Shown here piece after piece: positions 1 to 11,059 of a DNA stretch of 64,000 nucleotides; position 1 is the first letter of the stretch; the number at the start of each line of letters is the position of its first letter. The DNA comes from a bacterium (GTDB lineage Bacteria > Zhuqueibacterota > Zhuqueibacteria > Residuimicrobiales > Krinioviventaceae), in assembly GCA_963675755.2 (NCBI GenBank), contig CAXXMD010000003.1, forward strand, positions 2,048,001 through 2,112,000, given 5' to 3'. The notes below the pieces were generated by a model, which saw only the letters and a program-made list of their open reading frames with translations, did no database searches and was not told the origin of the DNA. A program made the translations under genes and the position numbers.

Positions 1-1
1 T

Positions 2-772
2 TTGATGGCTGCTGTTGAAGATCTACCTGTGAATGCTCGCCTGGCAGGTGTAGGCGGTGCGGGCAGCGCCATCTATGGTTCTACGGGGAACCTGTTTTAT
101 AATCCGGGTGCTCTGGTGTTTGATGAAAGGTGGAATGTAGATTTTCATTCATGCCACCTTTATGGGATCAAGGACCTTGGGTTGCATGCAGCTACAGGTG
201 CTTTTAATTTTAACAACTTGACGGTTGCAGCCGGGGGATATGTCTTTGGGAATTCCGCATATCAGGAATATGTCTATGCATTGGGGGCAGCTATACCCAT
301 CACATCGCAATTTCATCTGGGTGCAGCGCTGCGCTATGCGGGGATAGATATTGCACATTATGGTAATAGTGGATCGGTATTGGTAGACCTGGGCGGTTGC
401 GCAGAGGTCCTGCCCATGTGTAAATGGGGTTGGGCTGTTCGGAACGTGAATGCCGCCTGTATTGGTAAAAGCGGGGAAAAGCTGCCACAGATCTATATTA
501 CGGGAATTGCTATAAATCCGGTTAGCCATATTTCAGTGGTTTTTGATGTGTACAAGGACAACCGGTTTAAAACCGATTATCGCACTGGTATTGAATGGGC
601 AATTCTGCCCATAGTAACGTTACGAGCCGGCTGCGGAAGCTTTCCGCAACGCATGACCGGAGGGATTTCTTTACAGTTGGGTTGCATTGAAGCCCGGTAT
701 GCTTTTCAATCACATCAGTATTTGAATGGAACACATTTATTTACGCTTTCACTATTTAAAATCAGATTATGA
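2..772 (+). CDS. PorV/PorQ-like outer-membrane beta-barrel protein (5' end probably outside window)
   Basis: N-terminal ARLAGVGGA...NLFYNPGAL motif, amphipathic beta-strands, DLG..VRN motif; ORF open at window edge. Confidence 0.6.
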   Translation: MMAAVEDLPVNARLAGVGGAGSAIYGSTGNLFYNPGALVFDERWNVDFHSCHLYGIKDLGLHAATGAFNFNNLTVAAGGYVFGNSAYQEYVYALGAAIPITSQFHLGAALRYAGIDIAHYGNSGSVLVDLGGCAEVLPMCKWGWAVRNVNAACIGKSGEKLPQIYITGIAINPVSHISVVFDVYKDNRFKTDYRTGIEWAILPIVTLRAGCGSFPQRMTGGISLQLGCIEARYAFQSHQYLNGTHLFTLSLFKIRL

Positions 773-2700
773 AAAACCATTTTTCGCTTTTTCTGCTGTT
801 GTTTTCAACATTATTATATGCGGATGAACTTGAAACTCTGTTTGAATCGCAAAGTGATGAGCAGGACTCAGAGTTGTATCAGACGGTGCAGTATTATATC
901 GATAATCCTTTGGATATAAATGGCGTTTCAGAAAAAGATTTGCATGAAGTACCATTTATTTCAAAAGCAATGGTACAAGATATTCTTATATATCGACTCG
1001 AACACAATGGATTTCAATCCGTCGAGGATTTAAAAGAGATTAAAAGTGTTCGTCCAGTTGCCGATATACTGGTCCATTTTTTTACCATAGAGGAAACACA
1101 TTCAAAACAGTTTAAGGTTAGAGCAAGAGATCGATACAGTCACCCCGTTGAAAAGAGTAAAGCTTTTCTTGAAAACAAGTATAGGGGGAATGCGGATAAG
1201 CTTTATAATCGTGTTGATGTAATATATGGTGATGTTGTCAAGGCTGGTGTTGTAGCTGAAAAGGATGCGGGTGAAGCCTCTGTTGCGGATTATCTGGGAA
1301 TGTATGCACAGTACACGCCCCTAAAAAGTCCGGTTCAGATTGTGTTGGGAAATTATATAGTAAAAAGTGGACAGGGATTGGTGTTTTGGGGGCCCTATAA
1401 AATGTACAAAGGGTTTGATCCAATCGTTCCTGCGATTAAACCCGAAAGTGGTTTAAAACCTTCATTATCTGTAGACGAAAATGCCTCTTTGTATGGAGTG
1501 GGAGCATCTTTGCCTATTCATACAATAAAATTGACCGGATTTTACAGTAATAGAAAAATCGATGCCTCTCTTGAAAATGGAAAGATCAAAAGCTTTCATT
1601 CTACAGGATACCACCGTTTTGGGAGTGAGTGGGAATTCAAAGATGCTGTAAACGTTTCAACACAGGGTGCTGTAGTAGAGTGGAATCCTTCATCGGCCGC
1701 CCAGGTTGGGGCAAATTGTTTAATGCAGCAGTTTGATAAACCCTTTATGCTGCCTGTAGATTCTTTTAATGACAAAAAGTCGGCAACGTCAGTTTATTAT
1801 AACCTTGATTTACAAAATCTTAGTTTTTTTGGTGAGGGAGGTGTTTCCAATCAAACGGGTAAAGGCGTTGTAAGCGGTTTTATGCTGAATGAAAATCGTT
1901 TCCAGGCTGTTGGGTTGTACAGGAATTATAATCAATCATTTCATTCACCTTTTGGCCGGGCCTTTGGCGATAATTATACTCCTAATAATGAAAGGGGGGT
2001 GTATTGGGGATGGAAATGGATTCCCCGGAAGCATACTTTTTTGACTTTGAGCTTTGACAGTTTTCGTCATCCGGTTTTTGATGAAAAGTCAACAGGAGAG
2101 AGCTGGGGAAAGGAGTGGATGATCGGTTTTGAACAGGCGGTCCGGAATTTTAAAATTCAAGCGAGATTAAAATCGACGCAAAAAGAATTGTTTATAAATG
2201 TCGATGATGCGTGGGGAAATAAAATCCGAAAGCAGAACGTTAAGAATTTAAGCTCATTTCGATTACAGATATCCTATAAAGCAAAAAATATGGAAATGAA
2301 AAGCCGGATTGCTTATAATCGTTTGGGTTGGGATTATTTAAAAAATGTAAATTCGTTGACTGACAGTTCATCCATATTGCTTTTTCATGATATTCGGTAC
2401 AAACCTGAAAAGCATTTAGATTTGAGAACCCGATGGTCATTTTTTGATGCGCCGTTATATGATTTGAGGTTTTACCAGTTTGAAAATGATCTTGCAGGAG
2501 TAATGAAACTGCAAATGCTGCAAGATCGGGGTGTTCGCTGGTATGCGGTTGCGGGAATTAAACTAGGGAAAATTAAGCTGTCCTTAAAATATGAAATAAC
2601 ACGATACGATAACCTTGTCACAGTGGGAACTGGAGATAATCTTGTATTGGGTGACCATATCAGCAAGATTTCAGTACAAATGGATTGGAAAAATTATTAA
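769..2700 (+). CDS. Helix-hairpin-helix (ComEA-like) domain outer-membrane protein
   Basis: Signal peptide; PLDIN..SEKDLHEVPFI...GFQSVEDLKEIK HhH; EKDAGE and GQGLVFW motifs; beta-rich C-terminus; ATGA overlap with upstream gene. Confidence 0.75.
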   Translation: MKNHFSLFLLLFSTLLYADELETLFESQSDEQDSELYQTVQYYIDNPLDINGVSEKDLHEVPFISKAMVQDILIYRLEHNGFQSVEDLKEIKSVRPVADILVHFFTIEETHSKQFKVRARDRYSHPVEKSKAFLENKYRGNADKLYNRVDVIYGDVVKAGVVAEKDAGEASVADYLGMYAQYTPLKSPVQIVLGNYIVKSGQGLVFWGPYKMYKGFDPIVPAIKPESGLKPSLSVDENASLYGVGASLPIHTIKLTGFYSNRKIDASLENGKIKSFHSTGYHRFGSEWEFKDAVNVSTQGAVVEWNPSSAAQVGANCLMQQFDKPFMLPVDSFNDKKSATSVYYNLDLQNLSFFGEGGVSNQTGKGVVSGFMLNENRFQAVGLYRNYNQSFHSPFGRAFGDNYTPNNERGVYWGWKWIPRKHTFLTLSFDSFRHPVFDEKSTGESWGKEWMIGFEQAVRNFKIQARLKSTQKELFINVDDAWGNKIRKQNVKNLSSFRLQISYKAKNMEMKSRIAYNRLGWDYLKNVNSLTDSSSILLFHDIRYKPEKHLDLRTRWSFFDAPLYDLRFYQFENDLAGVMKLQMLQDRGVRWYAVAGIKLGKIKLSLKYEITRYDNLVTVGTGDNLVLGDHISKISVQMDWKNY

Positions 2701-2772
2701 TTGTTTGTATAGAAATCCTATTTTTTTATATTAGAGATATTGAAAAAACACATTTAAAACAGGAGAACTCTG

Positions 2773-4029
2773 ATGGCTAATGTCGAGTACACGTGTCTGG
2801 ATCGATTGTTGAAATATGTAAAATATGACACACAATCTTCAGAAGAATCCTCAACCTTTCCTACAACAGAAAAACAAAAAATTCTGGCAAAAGATCTGGT
2901 AACTGAACTTGAGCAAATTGGTCTCATGGATGCTGAAATGGATGAATGGGGGTATGTAACTGCCACATTACCTGCAAATGTGGAACACAAGGTCCCGGTT
3001 ATTGGTCTTATTGCCCACCTTGATACCTCTCCGGATGTTTCAGGAAAGGATGTAAAACCCATGGTCCATCATAATTATAAAGGTGGAGATATAAAACTTT
3101 CACCAGAGTCAGGTATTGTGATTAAAGCGGATGAGAACCCAGAACTGGCGAACCAGTTGGGAAATGATATTGTAACTTCGGATGGCTCTACATTATTGGG
3201 CGCCGACAACAAGGCAGGCATTGCAGAGATCTTTGATGCTGTCAATCATTTGGTAACGCACCCTGAAATTCCGCACGGAACCGTCAAAGTTGCAGTTATG
3301 CCGGATGAAGAAGTAGGGCGAGGTTCGGAAAAGTTTAATATTGAAAAGTATGCTGCCGATTATGCATACACCATAGATGGCGAAACATTGGGTGAAGTTG
3401 AAGATGAAACCTTTTGCGCGGATTCCGTAACGTTGACCATATTTGGTGTGAATGTGCATCCCGGTTATGCAAAGAATAAATTGGTAAGCTCTATCAAGAT
3501 TATGTCAGAAATAATTGAGCGTTTACCCAAGGATAAACTATCACCAGAGACAACCGAAAAACGGGAAGGTTATGTTCATCCCATCGGTTTTAATGGTGAT
3601 GTTGAAACTACAACCGCTAAATTTTTGATACGTGATTTTACTGTTGAAGGTTTGAAAGAAAAAGAAGCATATCTCAAAGAACTTACAGAAAAGGTAATTG
3701 CTGCTTATCCCAAAGCTTCTTTTGAATTCAAAATCGATGAATATTACAGAAATATGAAATATCAGCTTGATAAAGATCCCAAGGTTGTAGATTACGCATT
3801 GGAAGCAGTTGAACGTGCCGGAGTGAAGCCCATCCGTAATTCTATTCGTGGTGGAACGGATGGCGCGCAATTGTCATATAAAGGGTTATTAACTCCGAAT
3901 GTTTTTACTGGTGGTCATAATTTCCACTCACGACAAGAATGGATATCCGTTCAGGATATGCAAAAAGCAGTTGATGTGATTGTTGAGCTTGTTTGTGTTT
4001 GGGAGGAAAAAAGTAGAGCGAATGCTTGA
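2773..4029 (+). CDS. pepT: Peptidase T (M20 tripeptide aminopeptidase)
   Basis: AHLDTSPD, LLGADNKAG, PDEEVG, HPGYAK, IRGGTDG, GGHNFH motifs; AGGAG RBS. Confidence 0.95.
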   Translation: MANVEYTCLDRLLKYVKYDTQSSEESSTFPTTEKQKILAKDLVTELEQIGLMDAEMDEWGYVTATLPANVEHKVPVIGLIAHLDTSPDVSGKDVKPMVHHNYKGGDIKLSPESGIVIKADENPELANQLGNDIVTSDGSTLLGADNKAGIAEIFDAVNHLVTHPEIPHGTVKVAVMPDEEVGRGSEKFNIEKYAADYAYTIDGETLGEVEDETFCADSVTLTIFGVNVHPGYAKNKLVSSIKIMSEIIERLPKDKLSPETTEKREGYVHPIGFNGDVETTTAKFLIRDFTVEGLKEKEAYLKELTEKVIAAYPKASFEFKIDEYYRNMKYQLDKDPKVVDYALEAVERAGVKPIRNSIRGGTDGAQLSYKGLLTPNVFTGGHNFHSRQEWISVQDMQKAVDVIVELVCVWEEKSRANA

Positions 4030-5120
4030 TGATTGTAAATAATAAAAATATACTTGTAGTTGATGACGATGCCAGGGATGTCAAAACAATAGAGATGATC
4101 CTGAAACCTGAAGGATATCATATTGAATCTGTATCCAGTGGTAAGCAGGCCCTTGATTTTTTGAAAACCGGACGTCCGGATTTGATATTGCTTGATATCA
4201 TTATGCCGGGAATTGATGGTTTTGAATTGTGTGAACGGATTAAAGCTGATCCCAAAATTAATGATATTCCATTGATATTCTTATCAGCCAGGTATGATTA
4301 TAAAGATGTTGTAAGGGGCTTTGAATTGGGTGCTGTAGATTATATTACAAAACCTTTCAATGCCCTTGAACTCTCTTTGCGTGTAAAATCTCAATTAACA
4401 TTACGGTCTACGCAACAGCGATTGGAAGCTATCAACCAATCAAAAGATGATTTGTTGTCTGTATTGTCTCATGATTTGAGAAATCCGTTGATAAGCATTC
4501 AAAGTGGTTTAAAATTATTGTATCAGCGCACACCCGAAAAGAACAAAGAGTGGCAGCAGATTTATGATCATATGAGCCGGGTTTCAAGCTCTGCTTTTCA
4601 TTTGTTAAACACCATTCTTGACTGGTCAAAGACACAAATGAGTACACTTGAGGAGAATCCGCAGGAATACGATTTAAAAGACATTGTGCATCAAGTAACG
4701 CAATTGTACCAGGGAACAGCCGATCTATGTAATGTTAAAATTATTAATGATATTACATCCCAGTCTGTAACTGTAGATAAAGAAATGTTTAGTATCGTTC
4801 TTCGTAATCTACTTTCAAACGCGATCAAGTATACGGAATCCGGAGGCAAAATCAGAATTTCGGCTGAAAACAATGCAAAGTATAAAAGCATAACGGTTTC
4901 GGATACAGGTGCCGGAATGAGCCAGGAACTCTTGAAAAAGGTAATGGCTTTTGACGCTTTCGATTCAGATAAAAAATCTTCTGATGAATTTAGTCTGGGA
5001 TTTGGGCTTTCTTTATGCAAGGTCTATGTTAAAAGAATAGGGGGGCATATAACTGCGCAAAGTCAGCTTGGAGAGGGCACACAAGTTACTTTTACTGTTC
5101 CCATGCTGATTAAAGAATAA
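4026..5120 (+). CDS. Hybrid response regulator / histidine kinase (REC-HisKA-HATPase)
   Basis: ILVVDD, LLDIIMPG, KPF receiver; SHDLRNPL H-box; NLLSNAIKY, DTGAG, GFGL boxes. Confidence 0.92.
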   Translation: MMIVNNKNILVVDDDARDVKTIEMILKPEGYHIESVSSGKQALDFLKTGRPDLILLDIIMPGIDGFELCERIKADPKINDIPLIFLSARYDYKDVVRGFELGAVDYITKPFNALELSLRVKSQLTLRSTQQRLEAINQSKDDLLSVLSHDLRNPLISIQSGLKLLYQRTPEKNKEWQQIYDHMSRVSSSAFHLLNTILDWSKTQMSTLEENPQEYDLKDIVHQVTQLYQGTADLCNVKIINDITSQSVTVDKEMFSIVLRNLLSNAIKYTESGGKIRISAENNAKYKSITVSDTGAGMSQELLKKVMAFDAFDSDKKSSDEFSLGFGLSLCKVYVKRIGGHITAQSQLGEGTQVTFTVPMLIKE

Positions 5121-5133
5121 TCCCGAGGGACCC

Positions 5134-5784
5134 TTGAAAAAGCATAAAAAACTTTTATCTCGTTTTGTGTTTTTTTCAGTTTTTATACTGGTTTTGATTA
5201 CATTACTTTGCACTAAAAAATTGTGGCTGGCTTCTATGGCTGCAGTTTTGGATGTTCCTTTCACTGAAGAACATGCTGATCTGGTTATTGTTGAAGGGGG
5301 TAATATTGTTCCTGCTGTTTTTATGGAACGGGCCATTGAATTAATTAAAAACAACAAAGCAGAGAAAATGCTGATCGTGCTAAATACAGCCGATGGTGCT
5401 GTTGATGCCTTTGGTGTTGACAATTATCCCGCCTTACTGGATTCTGCTTTGAAAAAGAATAATATTTCCGAGTCGCAATACCACATACTATTATCTCACA
5501 TACAAGACCCCTTTACCCGCAATTCTGCAATTACAATTTTTCAATATCTTGAAAATGAACCCGCAGCAACAGATACATTGATGCTGTTGCAGGACACTTT
5601 TCATGCCAAACGGAGCCTTCTTGCTTATAGAAAAGTATTTGAGCCAAGTGAAATTCATGTGCTTGCGTGTTCTGTTCCTATCCATGTGAATGCGCAAAAC
5701 TGGTGGCAGTCTCTTTCTGGTGTCCGCAGAGTATATGGTGAATATGCAAAATTCATCTATTATAAATTCAAAGGATATATTTGA
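5134..5784 (+). CDS. YdcF/DUF218 family membrane-anchored protein
   Basis: N-terminal TM; ADLVIVEGG, T..SA, FHAKRS, NWWQS...EYAKF pattern. Confidence 0.7.
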   Translation: MKKHKKLLSRFVFFSVFILVLITLLCTKKLWLASMAAVLDVPFTEEHADLVIVEGGNIVPAVFMERAIELIKNNKAEKMLIVLNTADGAVDAFGVDNYPALLDSALKKNNISESQYHILLSHIQDPFTRNSAITIFQYLENEPAATDTLMLLQDTFHAKRSLLAYRKVFEPSEIHVLACSVPIHVNAQNWWQSLSGVRRVYGEYAKFIYYKFKGYI

Positions 5785-5889
5785 ATAAAAAAGGATTTCA
5801 ATATTTGTAATTTTCAAAAATTTTTGTTATGTTGATAGACAATTTTGGCGTCCTACCACAGTCATTCAAGTATTTAAGGTTTTATAATT

Positions 5890-7104
5890 ATGAAAAAACA
5901 CTCATTAACGCTTTATATCTTTATCGGGATTTTTTTAGGGGTAATTGCCGGATGGTTGTTCGGTGAAAGCATTTTGCCATTTGCTGAACCTATGGCGCAG
6001 TTATTTCTCCGTCTGTTGAGAATGGCAATTATGCCATTGATTATCACTTCTATTTTGTCCGGAGTGTTGAGTGTGGGGACAGGAAAAAATCTGGGAAAGC
6101 TGGGAATGCGAACCGCAATATATTATATCTTTACCAGTCTGGTTGCCATTTTAACCGGTCAGTTTCTTGTCAATGTTTTTCAACCCGGTAAAGGTGCGGA
6201 TATTGGTTTGACCGGAGATGTTACTGCCATATCGGCAGCTAACCAGTCTCCTATGGAATTGATCTTCCGGATAATACCAGAAAATCCATTTCAGTCCATG
6301 GCAAATGGCGATGTATTGCCCGTGATTTTCTTTTGTATTTTATTCGGATTCTTTATTACAAAGCTGGAAGATCCGCTACGGTCCCGATTTACAGATATTG
6401 TTCAGGCTTCATTTGAAGCCATGATGAAACTGACCCATGTTATTATTTGGCTGGCTCCTATAGGCGTTATGGGTATTAATGCTAAAATTGTAGCTACAAC
6501 CGGTTTTGGTGCATTTTACTCTTTGGGTAAATACTTTATTGTTGTGTTGATGGGGTTGCTGATTCATACATTGATTATTCTTCCGCTGGTGTTGAAATTT
6601 GTGGGAAAAGTTAAACCCTTTAGGCATTATCGGAATATGCTGCCGGCTTATCTTACTGCGTTTTCAACCAGTTCTTCAATGGTTGCATTGCCTTTGACTA
6701 TGGAATATGCCAGTGATGCATCCGGGGTTTCGAAAAAAATCAGCAATTTTTTCCTTCCAATAGGAGCTACAGTGAATATGGATGGGACAGCGCTTTACGA
6801 GTGCGTTGCCACTATTTTTATTGCTCAAGCCTATGGAATTGATCTTAGTATTACCCAGCAGTTTACGGTTGCGTTAACCGCATTACTTGCATCTATTGGT
6901 GCCGCAGGTATACCCATGGCGGGCCTGGTTATGATGTCGATAATTTTACATGCAGTAGGGCTGCCGCTTGAGGGTGTAGGTATCATTATGGCAGTAGATC
7001 GGATATTAGACATGTTCCGCACAACGACCAATGTAATCAGCGATTCATCAGGTGTTGTTGTTGTTGCGCACCTTGAAGGTGAAAGTTTGGAACAGGTTCG
7101 TTAG
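5890..7104 (+). CDS. Dicarboxylate/amino acid:cation symporter (DAACS, GltP/GltT-like)
   Basis: AFSTSSS, PIGATVNMDGTALY, ASIGAAGIP, DRILDMFRT motifs. Confidence 0.93.
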   Translation: MKKHSLTLYIFIGIFLGVIAGWLFGESILPFAEPMAQLFLRLLRMAIMPLIITSILSGVLSVGTGKNLGKLGMRTAIYYIFTSLVAILTGQFLVNVFQPGKGADIGLTGDVTAISAANQSPMELIFRIIPENPFQSMANGDVLPVIFFCILFGFFITKLEDPLRSRFTDIVQASFEAMMKLTHVIIWLAPIGVMGINAKIVATTGFGAFYSLGKYFIVVLMGLLIHTLIILPLVLKFVGKVKPFRHYRNMLPAYLTAFSTSSSMVALPLTMEYASDASGVSKKISNFFLPIGATVNMDGTALYECVATIFIAQAYGIDLSITQQFTVALTALLASIGAAGIPMAGLVMMSIILHAVGLPLEGVGIIMAVDRILDMFRTTTNVISDSSGVVVVAHLEGESLEQVR

Positions 7105-7127
7105 AAAAGATTTATCAGTATGGATGA

Positions 7128-8915
7128 TTAATCGGTTTTGCGTTTCATTACTTCTTTATTATAAGCTACAATCACATCTCCGTGATTCAACATGCCCAGT
7201 ATTCTGCGTTCGTCACGTAAATCAACAACCGGGATCTGGGCGTATTCATAATCCATAAATTTCTTTAATGCACTTCTCAAGCTTTCTGCGGGGGTTACAG
7301 TTACAGCCGGGCCCATGAGATCCTGTGCTATTAGCAGATCACACATGTCATTTCCGAACAAGATTGAGCGGGTATTTCTCAATGAAATTATACCCACGAT
7401 TTCATTATTGTGGTTAACAACCGGATAATGATTATCTACTCCTTCCTGAACAATGTTCTGGAATTCAAGAAGCGGGGTGTCAACTTTTAAGATTTGTACT
7501 TTTTCACTCCGGTATGCCTGGTCAACTACCAATGTGTCCAGCACGTCAATTGTAAAATCACCAATATGTGCTGGTGAATCTGCCATGCGTGGAACTTGTT
7601 TTTCATACAGAGTGGTTCTTGAGGTTGCAACATAAGCTGCGGATGAGCTGAGCATCATGGGAACCAGCAGGTGATAGCCACCGGTCATCTCACTCACCAT
7701 GATCATTGAAGATATAGGTACTTTGGCAGCTCCTGCAAAAAATGCACCCATGCCCACCAATACAAATGCATTGGGATTACTTATGAGAGAGGGAAAGAGC
7801 TGTTCGGCAACCTGACCAAACGCACCGCCCAACATGCCGCCGATGAATAAAGAAGGTGCAAATACACCACCACTACCACCTGAACTGATTGTAAATGATG
7901 TGGCAAATATTTTTAAAATGGCCGCAAGCAGCATGAATTGAATTGTCAGGTTTCCGTTCATGGCTTGCTGCAAATAGCCGTAACCGGATGCAAGAATATG
8001 CGGGGCAAAAAAGCCCGTAATGCCTATCATTAAACCGCCAATAGCGGGGCGAAGTTGAGGTATGATTTTAATGGTGTGAAAAAAATGATCGCGCATACCA
8101 TAAAAAATCTTGATGTAAAACAATCCCATATACGCACAAAACAGGCCAAGCAAGAGGTAAAACAGTAATTCTGATGGATTGCTGAACTGATAGTCGGGTG
8201 TTTCAAACAGTTGACCCCAACCAAAGCGACTGGCAAAAATGGAAAACGCAACAATTGAAGATATTAATGCGGGTATTAAAGCTTTGGATTCAAAATCTCT
8301 TTTGTACAAGACTTCAACAGCAAACAATGCACCGCCAAGAGGAGAACGGAAAATGGCGCCAATACCGCCTGCCGCTCCGGCAATAACCAATATGCGCTTT
8401 TCATCGTCGCTGAGTTTTAATACCGTTCCAAGGTACGAGCCAAATCCCGCACCTATTTGTGCTATCGGGCCTTCACGTCCGGCACTTCCTCCGCTACCAA
8501 TTGTAACAATAGATGCAATGGCTTTAATGATTGGAACGCGTTTTCTGATTGAGCCACGTTTATGATGGAATGAGTCAATAACAGCATCTGTTCCGTGGCC
8601 TTCTGCTTCAGGTGCCCATGTAAATACCAGGATTCCTGAAATCAATCCGCCAATAACAGGCGCAAAGATTAAAACCCATCTCCGAAGTTCACCGCCGGCA
8701 TGGTGATAACCGGAAAGTTCGCCAGATGGTTCAGGGGGATAATAATTTGCTAATTGATGTAAGAAAAAATGAGAGACATGGTTAAGCAATGAAAAAAAAG
8801 CAATTGCCCCCAAGCCGGAGATGATTCCTACTACAATGCTAATGAGGAATAACCTGCCGGATGAATTTATTGCAAAAGGATTAAATAGTTTACCGGTTTT
8901 TTGAATTTGGAACAT
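7128..8915 (-). CDS. ClC-family chloride channel/transporter with C-terminal CBS pair
   Basis: GHGTD, GSAGREGP, GGVFAP signature motifs; two CBS domains. Confidence 0.92.
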   Translation of the reverse strand: MFQIQKTGKLFNPFAINSSGRLFLISIVVGIISGLGAIAFFSLLNHVSHFFLHQLANYYPPEPSGELSGYHHAGGELRRWVLIFAPVIGGLISGILVFTWAPEAEGHGTDAVIDSFHHKRGSIRKRVPIIKAIASIVTIGSGGSAGREGPIAQIGAGFGSYLGTVLKLSDDEKRILVIAGAAGGIGAIFRSPLGGALFAVEVLYKRDFESKALIPALISSIVAFSIFASRFGWGQLFETPDYQFSNPSELLFYLLLGLFCAYMGLFYIKIFYGMRDHFFHTIKIIPQLRPAIGGLMIGITGFFAPHILASGYGYLQQAMNGNLTIQFMLLAAILKIFATSFTISSGGSGGVFAPSLFIGGMLGGAFGQVAEQLFPSLISNPNAFVLVGMGAFFAGAAKVPISSMIMVSEMTGGYHLLVPMMLSSSAAYVATSRTTLYEKQVPRMADSPAHIGDFTIDVLDTLVVDQAYRSEKVQILKVDTPLLEFQNIVQEGVDNHYPVVNHNNEIVGIISLRNTRSILFGNDMCDLLIAQDLMGPAVTVTPAESLRSALKKFMDYEYAQIPVVDLRDERRILGMLNHGDVIVAYNKEVMKRKTD

Positions 8916-8943
8916 AATGGGAACAGTTCAACCAGAATGAGTT

Positions 8944-9414
8944 TTAATTTTCAGCATCCTCGAAAATTCTTCGGATCTCCGAGGGAGTTTGTGCAACCAG
9001 GATTTGGTCACGAATTTTTTCGTCTCTTAATAATTTTGATAGTTTTGCAAGAACTTTGAGATACTCACCCACCGCTTTGAGGGGTGTCCCCAGTAAAAAA
9101 ACGAGTTTTACGGGCTTTTTGTCTTCCGCACCAAAATCAACCCCATTTTTTAATCGAGTTACAGAAATTACAATGTTTTTCACATTTTGCGTTCTTGCAT
9201 GGGGTAATGCTATTCCGTAACCGATACCGGTGCTACCTAGACTTTCTCGTTGATTGACTTCGCTCAGGAAACCGCTGGCATCTGACAGGATTTTATTATT
9301 ATCCATCAGCTCTACTATTTTTGCAATAGTTGTTTCTTTGTCAGTAGTTTCTATGTCTAAAAATATCAGACCGTCACTTAAATAGTCTGCAATTCTCACG
9401 TTTGTTTCCTCCAA
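8944..9414 (-). CDS. PTS EIIA (Fru/Ntr-type) domain protein
   Basis: RESLGSTGIGYGIALPHAR with phospho-His; YLKVLAKLSKLL. Confidence 0.9.
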   Translation of the reverse strand: MEETNVRIADYLSDGLIFLDIETTDKETTIAKIVELMDNNKILSDASGFLSEVNQRESLGSTGIGYGIALPHARTQNVKNIVISVTRLKNGVDFGAEDKKPVKLVFLLGTPLKAVGEYLKVLAKLSKLLRDEKIRDQILVAQTPSEIRRIFEDAEN

Positions 9415-9709
9415 TATTTCAAAGGTGGTCTACATCCGGGACCGGCAAAAATATAAATATACAAATGTAGTACGAAAATACATGAATGGAATGACCATAC
9501 TACGTAAGTTTATATTTTAATGATTTTTTTTCAAAAAGTCAACCAGTATTCACAGGATAAAATCCCCCTAAATTATATAGCAAAGCACTTTATTAATCCA
9601 TGATCACAAAAAAAATAATTGTAATTAGTATTGTTTTTTTATAATTTAAATGGTTAGGTATGAAAATTGTTAACTAATACACTGTATTTTAGTAAAATAA
9701 AGGGTGTAC

Positions 9710-11059
9710 ATGGGAACGTTCAAAATAAAAAAAGGAAACACACTTCCCATTAACGGTGAACCACGCCAGGAAATTGAAAACGGAAAATCAGTAAAACGGG
9801 TGGCACTGTTGGGTGAAGACTATGTTGGTTTAAAACCAACCATGGAAGTAGATATAGGAGACTCTGTTAAATTGGGTCAGCTTTTATTTACTGATAAAAA
9901 GCTGCCGGGAGTTAAATATACTTCTCCGGGGGCTGGTAAAGTTGTAGAAATCAACAGGGGTGAGAAACGGGCATTTTTGTCGCTTGTAATTGAGCTTGAA
10001 GGCGATGACGAAGTCACTTTTACTGCTTTTGGTGAAAACGCATTGGCAACACTTGATCGTGAAATGGTTGTAAAGCAGTTGGTAGATTCTGGCTTGTGGA
10101 CAACACTAACAGCCAGACCTTTTGGGCATGTTGCAAATCCTGAAACAGTGCCCAATTCTGTTTTTGTTACAGCTATGGATACCAATCCATTAGCCCCTAT
10201 AGTTGGAAAAATTGTTCAAGGTCAGGAAACAGATTTTAAGAATGGACTATTGGTTCTCTCTCGTCTTACTGAAGGTAAAGTATTTGTTTGTAAGAAACCG
10301 TCCGAAGAAATACCCGTTCCTGATAAACCCCAATTCTCTGTAGAGTCATTTGATGGCCCACATCCTGCCGGCCTGCCCGGTACCCACATCCACTTTTTGG
10401 ATCCCATTGGTAAAAACAAAATTGTATGGCATATACAAGCACAGGATGTAATCAAGATTGGCAAACTGTTTACAACTGGTAAACTAAGTGTTGAGCAAAT
10501 TGTTGCTTTGGGCGGTGCCGGAGCAAAATCACCACGCCTTTTGCGTACCCGTGTTGGTGCTTGCCTGAGTGAACTGCTTGAAGGAGAGTTGAAAGAAGGT
10601 GATAACAGAACAATATCGGGTTCTGTGTTTAATGGCCATACTTCAACTCCTGAAAGAAATTATTTGGGACGTTTTCATCAGCAGATAACAGTGATTCATG
10701 AAGGACGTGAAAGACACTTTTTGGGATGGCTGGATTACGGTCCTAAACATTATTCTGTAAAGAATATAGTAATGTCTAAACTGATACCGAACAAACGCTT
10801 TGATTTCAATACTTCGCAAAACGGTGGCGTTCGGGCAATCGTTCCAATAGGTAGTTATGAAAAAGTAATGCCTTTGGATATTTTACCTGCACATTTGTTA
10901 AAAGCTCTCGCAATTCAAGATGTTGAAGAAAGTGAAAAACTTGGCTGCCTTGAATTGATTGAAGAAGATTTGGCATTGTGTACTTTTGTCTGTCCGTCAA
11001 AAATTGATCATGGTGAGAATTTGAGAAAAACGTTAACCGTCATAGAGAAGGAAGGATAG
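9710..11059 (+). CDS. nqrA: Na+-translocating NADH:quinone reductase subunit A
   Basis: KIKKG.LPI.G.P start, [20 protein letters not shown] end; first of six-gene order. Confidence 0.95.
   Translation: MGTFKIKKGNTLPINGEPRQEIENGKSVKRVALLGEDYVGLKPTMEVDIGDSVKLGQLLFTDKKLPGVKYTSPGAGKVVEINRGEKRAFLSLVIELEGDDEVTFTAFGENALATLDREMVVKQLVDSGLWTTLTARPFGHVANPETVPNSVFVTAMDTNPLAPIVGKIVQGQETDFKNGLLVLSRLTEGKVFVCKKPSEEIPVPDKPQFSVESFDGPHPAGLPGTHIHFLDPIGKNKIVWHIQAQDVIKIGKLFTTGKLSVEQIVALGGAGAKSPRLLRTRVGACLSELLEGELKEGDNRTISGSVFNGHTSTPERNYLGRFHQQITVIHEGRERHFLGWLDYGPKHYSVKNIVMSKLIPNKRFDFNTSQNGGVRAIVPIGSYEKVMPLDILPAHLLKALAIQDVEESEKLGCLELIEEDLALCTFVCPSKIDHGENLRKTLTVIEKEG

Noticed and set aside
9415-9709. Rex or other operator upstream of nqrA
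   Set aside because: Only partial TTGT/ACAA matches in an AT-rich region; no convincing palindrome
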